In this document: in pieces, positions 25,308 through 32,000 of the stretch
Layout of the letters: each line of letters starts with the position of its first letter
Numbering within the stretch: the first letter of the stretch is position 1
NCBI RefSeq assembly: GCF_000981785.2
Contig: NZ_CP011304.1
Coordinates: forward strand, 630,001 to 662,000
Origin: Microcystis aeruginosa NIES-2549
Lineage (GTDB): Bacteria > Cyanobacteriota > Cyanobacteriia > Cyanobacteriales > Microcystaceae
DNA length: 32,000 nt
Direction of reading: 5' to 3'
Program-made: the position numbers and the translations under genes
Notes under the pieces: generated by a model
Database searches by the model: none
Told to the model about the DNA's origin: nothing
The model's input: only the letters and a program-made list of their open reading frames with translations

Positions 25308-26315
25308 CTAAATTTGTACCTGTCTGAGATGACGACGGGGATCGGTGCTACGCTGAGATTTAATTTTCTCGTATAATTCCCGTTCGATCGCCGTTAATTC
25401 TTTGGGAGTATCGATGACAATTTTGACTAATTGATCGCCGCGTTGTCCTTTATTATCGATCCAACCTTTGCCGCGTAAGCGCAGGGATTGGCCGGAACGA
25501 ATACCGGCGGGAACTTTTACCGTCACCAGGCCATCGGGGGTAGGAACTTCGATCGCTGTGCCTAAAACCGCCTCATCGGGGGTAATCGGGACTTCACAGG
25601 TTAAATTATCGCCTTCAAAAGTAAAGAAAGGATGGGGTTCTAATTCCACATCGAGAAATAGATCTCCCCGTTGTTTACTCAAGGGATCGATTAGTCCTTT
25701 ACCCCGTACCCGGAGACGATTACCGGTTTTGGTTCCTGGGGGGATTTTGATATCGATCATTTCTCCGGCTAAATTAACCCGTTTTTGTACTCCTCGTAAA
25801 GCTTCCCCAAAACTCAGACGCAGTTTAGCGGTGGAGATGCCAGAAGTGACGGATTGCGGTGGAGTACGAGAGCCGGCAAAGTCGTTAAAATTGCTAAAAT
25901 CGCTAAATCCTCCCCCCGGAGTCCCGTAGGAATGGGAACGGGGGCGAGTACCGCCGGGGCGACCCATGCGACCGAGTAGTTCGTTGATAAAATCATCAAA
26001 GGTGCTGTACTGGCTAAAGTCAAAACCGTCCGAACCGAAGTCAACCCCCGGATTACCACCCGGCCAATTTGATCGCCCGGCCTGTTGCCAATATTGTCCA
26101 AATTGATCGTATTTTTGGCGTTTTTCGCTATCGGAGAGGACTTCGTAAGCTTCGCTAATTTCTTTAAAACGTTCTTCGGCACTTTTATTGTTAGGATTGC
26201 GATCGGGGTGATATTTGACGGCTAATTTGCGAAAAGCTTTTTTAATTTCTTCGGCGCTGGCAGTTTTACCTACTCCCAGAACGGCATAATAATCTTTATA
26301 ATCTGCGGCAGGCAT
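25308..26315 (-). CDS. DnaJ-like co-chaperone (J domain + Gly/Phe-rich region + DnaJ C-terminal domains, no zinc finger; CbpA-like)
   Basis: [34 protein letters not shown] with the HPD motif. No CxxCxGxG repeats. Confidence 0.9.
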   Translation of the reverse strand: MPAADYKDYYAVLGVGKTASAEEIKKAFRKLAVKYHPDRNPNNKSAEERFKEISEAYEVLSDSEKRQKYDQFGQYWQQAGRSNWPGGNPGVDFGSDGFDFSQYSTFDDFINELLGRMGRPGGTRPRSHSYGTPGGGFSDFSNFNDFAGSRTPPQSVTSGISTAKLRLSFGEALRGVQKRVNLAGEMIDIKIPPGTKTGNRLRVRGKGLIDPLSKQRGDLFLDVELEPHPFFTFEGDNLTCEVPITPDEAVLGTAIEVPTPDGLVTVKVPAGIRSGQSLRLRGKGWIDNKGQRGDQLVKIVIDTPKELTAIERELYEKIKSQRSTDPRRHLRQVQI

Positions 26316-26385
26316 CGATACGCTATCTCCTTAGCAATGAGGATTCAGTCGGGATATTCCTAATCTAACTTAATTTTATCGCTGA

Positions 26386-27036
26386 TCACTGAAAGGGAAA
26401 TTGCCGACGACGACGATACCAAGTTCCCACACCTACTAACAGAGCAATAAGGGTAAAAGCCACCATCAGGGGCAATATATCGCCTTTTCCTAAAGATTTC
26501 AAGCCCGCACCCATCATAACAAAGGGTAAAATTCCGGGGACAGTGCCTAATAAAGTACCGATGAAATAATCGCGAAAACGGATAGAAGTTAATCCCGCAA
26601 CAAAGTTAACGATACCGTAGGGAATAATCGGTAATAGACGGATAGCAAACATATAAAATAGGCCGCCTTGCTGCATTTCTGCATCGATCGCTTGCCATTT
26701 TCCCTGAAATTTTTTGGCGGTATATTCCCGGCCGATAGTACGGGTAAAAGCAAAGGCAACTATAGCGGCCACCAAAGCGGCGATCGTTGTCCAAACTGTT
26801 CCCATAACTACCCCAAAGATCGCCCCACCACTGAGGTTTAAGGGGGTAGAAGGCAGGATTAAAATTGTCCCGATCGTATAGAGAATAATATACAAAATGG
26901 GGGCCATAATTCCCATTTGTTTTAACCAGATCTGTAATTGTTGGGAGTCGATACCACCGAGCAGATAAACTCCGATCGCCGTGGCGATAATACAAATTAC
27001 GGTTAGGATAATAACACTACTTTTAGTTTTAGACAT
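26386..27036 (-). CDS. TVP38/TMEM64 (DedA-related) membrane protein
   Basis: 216 aa, multi-pass. ILILPSTPLNLSGGAIFG and LLPIIPYGIVNFVAGLT are characteristic of the family. Confidence 0.8.
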   Translation of the reverse strand: MSKTKSSVIILTVICIIATAIGVYLLGGIDSQQLQIWLKQMGIMAPILYIILYTIGTILILPSTPLNLSGGAIFGVVMGTVWTTIAALVAAIVAFAFTRTIGREYTAKKFQGKWQAIDAEMQQGGLFYMFAIRLLPIIPYGIVNFVAGLTSIRFRDYFIGTLLGTVPGILPFVMMGAGLKSLGKGDILPLMVAFTLIALLVGVGTWYRRRRQFPFQ

Positions 27037-27208
27037 TTAACGGCAATTTTGGGCTAAGTTCGGGTTGCAAAACATAAGATGCAGCCGGGGTCAATATTTC
27101 CCTATTGCCAAAAATATAGCAGAAATCGGCATAGGATCGATCTCGATCTCAATATTAGCCAGCTGCCCGATCGGTCCCCAAATTACCACCGATATCGGTG
27201 TGGGTAGT

Positions 27209-29626
27209 TCAGTTAATCTCCTCGCAAACCACGATCGAAAAACCATTGACTTTATAGTTATCGGCAATTACTGTCCCTTGATCCACAGACCAACAATTAT
27301 AATCGGTTTCCGCCCAAGCGGCCGTGTCAATAATTCTTACCCAACGATAATTATTGGATGGGGAGGGAAGACGAAAATCCACCGGCAGATGATACATATT
27401 AATTAACACCAAAAAATCGTGATCACCGACGGCACTACCATCAATTAAAAACCAAATACAGCGATCATCGGCAGTTAAATCGCTAACCCCATCGGGTTTC
27501 TTAAATAAATAGGTGACATCATTACCCGCATCGAGAACCAGATCGCCGTAGCGGCACTGTTTAAGTGCTATATGATTGTTTCTTAAGTGAGCAATATAAG
27601 CGGCAAAAATAAATAAAGGATTGCGTTCTTCTTGATTAGTTCCCGTGCCAAAATTATTGTGATAAGCTTCCCGATAACCCGTGGGCAGTAGATGGGGTGA
27701 ACGGGTGGCAATCATATCATAATTATTCCAAGTGGCCACACTATCAATATTGTAGGGATTATTATTACCATTTTGGCTGCGGCCAAATTCATCGCCCCAG
27801 ACAGTCATCGGCACACCGCGAGACAAAAATTGAATCGTCCAAAAGTTGCGTAATCTTTGGCGACGTAAGGCCTGATCGCCCCCAGAATCCCAAGAATCGT
27901 TATTATTATTGCCGCCATCGGAAGGACCAAAGGGCCAGGGAGTGAGGTTATTTTTATGGTTATAACTGACCAAATCCATCAGGGTAAAACCATCGTGGGC
28001 AACAATAAAATCGATCGATTTTTGTGGTCCGCCTTGGTCGTTAAAATTGTGATAATCTCCGTTCACCTGTTCGATGAATTTAAAAGTATTACCATCTCCC
28101 TTTAAAAAACGCCGAATTGCATCGCGATAACGGCCATTCCATTCTCCCCAACCCGTCGGGAAATTCCCCACTTCGTAACCCCAGCTATCCCAAGCTTCGG
28201 CGATCATTTCGGCATCGTATTTCTTGCCTAATTTCTCGATCTTTTCTAACAAAGTATGTTTAGGGAAGAATTGTTTTTGTTTGCCCCGATCTTCTCGTTG
28301 ATGACTAGAAGGAGTTCGGCCGAGGACGGGGGCCAGATCAAAACGAAAACCATCAACTGCCATGGTTTCTAACCAATAGGTGAGGGAATCAAGAACCAGA
28401 TTACAGGTGACAATATGGGAAAAGTTTAATTGATTTCCGCAGCCGGTGGCCCCATCGACTAGATAATGTTCATCGGTGAGTTGATAGTATTCCACCACAT
28501 CAAAACCACCAAAACTAACAAATCCGGTGACATCGTTGCTGCCCCAATTGCCCCCTTCTCCGGTGTGATTATAGACCACATCGAGATAAACTTCCATGCC
28601 TTGGTCGTGGAAAGCTTTGACCATGGCCTTAAATTCTCTGGTGGGTCCCCCGGGGGAGCGATCATAAGCATAACGGCGATCGGGGGCGAAATAACCAAAG
28701 GTCATGTAACCCCAATAGTTACCGCTGGGGCGATCGTCGGGGTTATTATCGTTAGCGGTTTCCTGGACTGGTAAGAGTTCGATCGTGGTAAATCCCAGCG
28801 CTTTCAGGTATTTGGCCATATAGCCGGCTCCTGCATAAGTTCCTCTGTACTGGTCGGGAACGTTGGCCACTTCCTCAAAACCCCTAATTCCCTTGAGAAT
28901 ATCTTCTAAACGACTAGCGGAGGGGTGATTGCTTAAACCGCGCACATGGGCCTCATAAATGATCGCTTTTTCCGCACCCAGACGGGGACGAATCCCGGTG
29001 GAAGTTCCATCCGGTGCGATCACAATGCCTTTGGGCGACCATTTACCCGTATCGTATTGCCGCCGGATCACTCCTTTGTAGTCCCCTTCTCCCGTGGCAT
29101 ACATTCCCGCATTTTCTCCGGCCGCGATCATGGCCGGGGTTTCAAGGTCGTGGGAAAGTTCTCGCGCGTAGGGATCGAAGAGGACTTTATTGGGGTTAAA
29201 ACGATGGCCGAAATCGTCCACATCTGCCCGAAAACCAGCGTTACTGTGGCCTCTTTGCCATTTTTGATCAAATTGCCAATTGGGACCCCAACAGCGAAAA
29301 GCGTAGTAGCTGCCCTGGGCAATACCGGCGATTTTTGCCCGCCATATATCATCATTTCGGTTTTTTGTCAACCAGTAATCATACTTAGCGTTTTCTCCCG
29401 TCGGGCGATCGTAGATTTCCAGAAGAATCTGACTGGCATTTCTAGAATAGACGGCAAAGGTGACACTATCGCCCCGATAATGCGCCCCGAGGGGATAGGT
29501 GGCATCGGCCCAGAGATGGCTATCTAGGGGGGCATAATTACCAGATTGGGGATGATTTTGACCGATCGCTGGTATCATAAATTGGCGGGATAATATCGCC
29601 TTTGATGATAGACATTTTTCGCTCAA
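27209..29626 (-). CDS. glgX: glycogen debranching enzyme (isoamylase-type GH13)
   Basis: GH13 conserved regions: YLDVVYNHT, DGFRFDLA (nucleophile Asp), AEAWD (acid/base Glu) and FIVAHDG. The track start is TTG at 29626; the ATG at 29578 (MIPAIGQ) is more likely. Confidence 0.9.
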   Translation of the reverse strand: MSEKCLSSKAILSRQFMIPAIGQNHPQSGNYAPLDSHLWADATYPLGAHYRGDSVTFAVYSRNASQILLEIYDRPTGENAKYDYWLTKNRNDDIWRAKIAGIAQGSYYAFRCWGPNWQFDQKWQRGHSNAGFRADVDDFGHRFNPNKVLFDPYARELSHDLETPAMIAAGENAGMYATGEGDYKGVIRRQYDTGKWSPKGIVIAPDGTSTGIRPRLGAEKAIIYEAHVRGLSNHPSASRLEDILKGIRGFEEVANVPDQYRGTYAGAGYMAKYLKALGFTTIELLPVQETANDNNPDDRPSGNYWGYMTFGYFAPDRRYAYDRSPGGPTREFKAMVKAFHDQGMEVYLDVVYNHTGEGGNWGSNDVTGFVSFGGFDVVEYYQLTDEHYLVDGATGCGNQLNFSHIVTCNLVLDSLTYWLETMAVDGFRFDLAPVLGRTPSSHQREDRGKQKQFFPKHTLLEKIEKLGKKYDAEMIAEAWDSWGYEVGNFPTGWGEWNGRYRDAIRRFLKGDGNTFKFIEQVNGDYHNFNDQGGPQKSIDFIVAHDGFTLMDLVSYNHKNNLTPWPFGPSDGGNNNNDSWDSGGDQALRRQRLRNFWTIQFLSRGVPMTVWGDEFGRSQNGNNNPYNIDSVATWNNYDMIATRSPHLLPTGYREAYHNNFGTGTNQEERNPLFIFAAYIAHLRNNHIALKQCRYGDLVLDAGNDVTYLFKKPDGVSDLTADDRCIWFLIDGSAVGDHDFLVLINMYHLPVDFRLPSPSNNYRWVRIIDTAAWAETDYNCWSVDQGTVIADNYKVNGFSIVVCEEIN

Positions 29627-29800
29627 AGAAATAAGAAAAAAATCTAAAGCTTGCTCCCCCAGAAAAACAAGTTGTGTAATTTAACCTAGAGATAAATTTT
29701 CGGCTTGTCAACATCAATTTTCTCGGTGTAAGTCCTTCTTTGAACACTCGATTTTCTGCCGTCAGTCAACTAATTTGGTTAACTAAATCACTGACTAATT

Positions 29801-29930
29801 CATCTAAGTAGGTAGGCACAATTATTTGTAGGATGGGTTAGCGGTAGCGTAACATAATCGGGCGTTGGGTTTCATGCTTCAACCCAACCTACGTTCATTT
29901 TATATTTAATTCCACCCACCTACTTAGATG
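29801..29930. mobile_element. MITE-like nested palindromic element (~130 bp)
   Basis: Outer inverted repeats CATCTAAGTAGGTAGGCAC (29801-29819) and CCACCCACCTACTTAGATG (29912-29930). Inner inverted repeats GTAGGATGGGTT (29828-29839) and AACCCAACCTAC (29881-29892), plus a GTTGGGTT...AACCCAAC hairpin. Confidence 0.5.
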
Positions 29931-29978
29931 GTGTAGATTGCTATGGGAATTACTAAGTACCTAAGCAAAATAAAGCTT

Positions 29979-30005
29979 TTGCCTTGTGCCTCTTGCCTTG
30001 TGCCT
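29979..30005. repeat. 2 x 13-nt direct repeat TTGCCTTGTGCCT
   Basis: Two identical 13-mers separated by a single C, about 50 nt downstream of the Argonaute stop (on the minus strand). Confidence 0.8.
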
Positions 30006-30055
30006 ATCTTCACTAGAAAATTTATTTTGCACGACTACTTACATAATTTTTCTCT

Positions 30056-32000
30056 CTAAAGCCAGAATTGACAATCATCTTCTAATAAACTAGGATAAAT
30101 TCCTTGTAAGCGTCGATAAGCAATAATATCCGCTCCATACAAAGGGATAGGTAAACGGGGATCTTTGAGAGAACCATAGTGAAGTAAAGTTAATTTTAAC
30201 GTGGTGTCAACTAACTGTTTTAAATTTACTTGCTCTCCTAATTCATGAACTTTTAAGCGCAAGGGACGAGGAACACCAATTTTTTCAGAAACTTGGGACG
30301 TTATCAGGATAACTTCCCGATTTGATAAAGCTAAAGCTAATCCTTTGGAGGGAGCATTTATCTGTTTTTGCTGAAGATTATAAAGTCTAGGAATGCCAGT
30401 CTTATAACATTCTACGAGAATAAATTTAGCATTAATTGCTCTAGCTCTTGCCAGTAAATTTTCAACCTCCTTTCCTTGAAATTTACCATCTCTGTAAATG
30501 AGAACTGTCTGATTTTTTAGTTCAGCTTGCGGTAAACAATTTTCCAGAATCCGTTGAGGAATTTCTTCTCCCTCGGTTAAACTATCTTCTACCCGACAGC
30601 GAACAAATTCTCCCTGTTTGCCATATAGTCGCACACTTGCACAAACATTGAGACTCCCCGGCAGATTTTTTTTAGGCATCCTTCCCACATCTAAACCAAT
30701 AAAATAATCGGCAATTTCTAGAGGTTCAGCAAGGACATAGGGTAAATTTCCTAATTTGGCTAGGATCCCTGGGACAACTTGATGGAGAATATTATTATAG
30801 TTGCTCTTATTATTTAAAGTTTTCTCATAAATCATTTGAGTTATAACTCCACGATCCAGAAACTTTTTTTTAATCCAGGAATATAAACTCCCTTCTTCAG
30901 TATTATCCGCATTGCGATCAGACTGGGGAAGAAATACTAAGGCAATATCTACAGGAATTTCTCCTCGAATTAATTGATCAACTGCTTCTTCCAGTCTAGC
31001 TCTTTTTTCGGATCCTACACCTTCGACAGAAAAATTTATTTGATTCTCTGGTGGCAAAATAGTCTCAAATTTATAAAGTTCTAATCGCTTTTCTAATTGT
31101 TCTCTAAAATCTCCTACTTTAAAACTATCTGGTTTGAGAATAGCTAAACGAATTTTACGAGCAGGATCCTCATATTCTCGATGACGTTTATATACACCAC
31201 CCTTCGATAATCCTTTGAGAGTTTCTCTTTTTTCTCCCCTTTCTCCCTTACCAAATAAGATGGGAGTTTGCTCAAGAGAAATAGAAGGAGTCCAAAAGAC
31301 TTCGGGGTATTCTTGGCTGTTAATACTTCTTTCTCTTAACTGAAAACCAAAGTTATTCAAAGTCTTTTGTGCTTCCTGTTTATACAACTTTAATAGTTTT
31401 TGTCGTTCAGCATAGAAAATTTTTGTTTTCTTTAATAAGTCTCCGTAATTAACTTGAAAAAAACTCTCATCCTTATCTGTCATACAGGGTTTTAAAGCTG
31501 CCAATGGATAAATATAATCCTGGGGATTTTTTCCAAATTGTACCGCAACTACTGGTTGATCCCGATGAGCTTCTTCTAATTTTCTTCGACTAATTGAACC
31601 CGTAGCTTTTGTTAATAGATACTCTCTTTTTTCCCCAATTGTACCCGCTATTCTAATAATTTTAGCTGTCCCATTAGTTTCTATAGTTTTAACCTTTAAA
31701 CCTACTAATAATTTAGCAGCATCTTGTCTATAGGGGTGATTTTCATAAAATTGTTCTAAATCTCCACTATAGACAATACTACTGTCAACAGTTAAACAAA
31801 TAGCCGGATCGGTGTCATTGATGATTTCTGCCCAAAAATCAACTTCTCTCCTTACCTGTACTTGGTTTTCACTTATCTCACTATCTTTAGGAAAAACTAT
31901 TGGATAGGAAAATTTACCAAATATTTTCAGAATTCTAACTGCTAATTGTGCTGTAACTAAAGCTGTTATCTGAAAGTCTTTTAGCCAATGAATAGAATAA
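30056..32000 (-). CDS. long prokaryotic Argonaute (PAZ-L2-MID-PIWI visible), 5' end beyond the window
   Basis: The track ORF begins at a TTG (31504), but I translated the same frame by hand up to position 31999 and found no stop (…VKTIETNGTAKIIRIAGTIGEKREYLLTKATGSISRRKLEEAHRDQPVVAVQFGKNPQDYIYPLAALKPC…, PAZ-like). MID 5'-phosphate pocket pattern Y208-x3-K212...Q223...K250 (track ORF numbering). PIWI motifs FIGLDVG (D272), VLIYRDG (D339) and PLYGADIIAYRR (D459), with Glu-finger candidates at E311-E314. Confidence 0.85.
   Translation of the reverse strand, partial: YSIHWLKDFQITALVTAQLAVRILKIFGKFSYPIVFPKDSEISENQVQVRREVDFWAEIINDTDPAICLTVDSSIVYSGDLEQFYENHPYRQDAAKLLVGLKVKTIETNGTAKIIRIAGTIGEKREYLLTKATGSISRRKLEEAHRDQPVVAVQFGKNPQDYIYPLAALKPCMTDKDESFFQVNYGDLLKKTKIFYAERQKLLKLYKQEAQKTLNNFGFQLRERSINSQEYPEVFWTPSISLEQTPILFGKGERGEKRETLKGLSKGGVYKRHREYEDPARKIRLAILKPDSFKVGDFREQLEKRLELYKFETILPPENQINFSVEGVGSEKRARLEEAVDQLIRGEIPVDIALVFLPQSDRNADNTEEGSLYSWIKKKFLDRGVITQMIYEKTLNNKSNYNNILHQVVPGILAKLGNLPYVLAEPLEIADYFIGLDVGRMPKKNLPGSLNVCASVRLYGKQGEFVRCRVEDSLTEGEEIPQRILENCLPQAELKNQTVLIYRDGKFQGKEVENLLARARAINAKFILVECYKTGIPRLYNLQQKQINAPSKGLALALSNREVILITSQVSEKIGVPRPLRLKVHELGEQVNLKQLVDTTLKLTLLHYGSLKDPRLPIPLYGADIIAYRRLQGIYPSLLEDDCQFWL

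Noticed and set aside
25468-26182. ORFs 25468-25929(+) and 25814-26182(-) within the dnaJ-like gene, and 26606-26995(-) within the TVP38 gene
   Set aside because: They are alternative-frame or antisense ORFs with Arg/Pro/Ser-rich translations. The host genes have clear family motifs (HPD J-domain; TVP38 pattern).
27065-29527. Plus-strand ORFs 27065-27406, 27697-27945, 28466-28774, 28946-29527 and 29014-29199, and minus alt-frame ORFs 28459-28698 and 29128-29355
   Set aside because: All lie within or antisense to glgX, which has all four GH13 signature regions. Long antisense ORFs are expected in GC-richer genes.
30056-31504. Taking the track ORF (TTG at 31504) as the full Argonaute gene, i.e. 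a short MID-PIWI-only pAgo
   Set aside because: Hand translation of the same frame from 31505 to 31999 shows no stop codon and gives PAZ-like sequence. The ORF is simply cut by the window edge.

Overview
This is a cyanobacterial chromosomal window. It carries the phycobilisome apcABC operon, two psbA copies, HIP1 GCGATCGC palindromes (e.g. 262-269), heptanucleotide tandem repeats and MITE-like elements. The repeat style is reminiscent of Microcystis, but that is inference only. Housekeeping content: apcA-apcB-apcC, msrB, psbA x2, a membrane/GAF histidine kinase with a divergent NarL-type response regulator, an alpha/beta hydrolase, a ferritin-like di-iron protein, a pentapeptide-repeat protein, a class II aldolase-like protein, argH, a NUDIX hydrolase, a DnaJ-like protein, a TVP38/TMEM64 protein and glgX. 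Accessory content falls in three places. (1) A visibly AT-richer island of about 8.1 kb (3429-11532) is bracketed by two 1232-bp direct psbA repeats. It holds two RelE/YafQ-type TA pairs (one toxin truncated), a repeat-less LuxR-HTH/NB-ARC STAND NTPase divergently paired with a vWA-PP2C-Ser/Thr-kinase (TerY-P-like) operon, a DUF29-like gene and a PD-(D/E)XK/Rpn-like gene. (2) A second patch after psbA copy 2 holds a Uma2 nuclease, a PIN TA pair and a 172-bp relic of the STAND gene 3' end. (3) At the right edge is a long prokaryotic Argonaute whose frame runs out of the window and which has an apparently intact DEDD PIWI tetrad. The best candidate for an undescribed system is the STAND + vWA/PP2C/kinase cassette (4657-10041). 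No rRNA, tRNA or CRISPR array was recognised by eye. All family calls come from motif recognition in the supplied translations, not from database searches.
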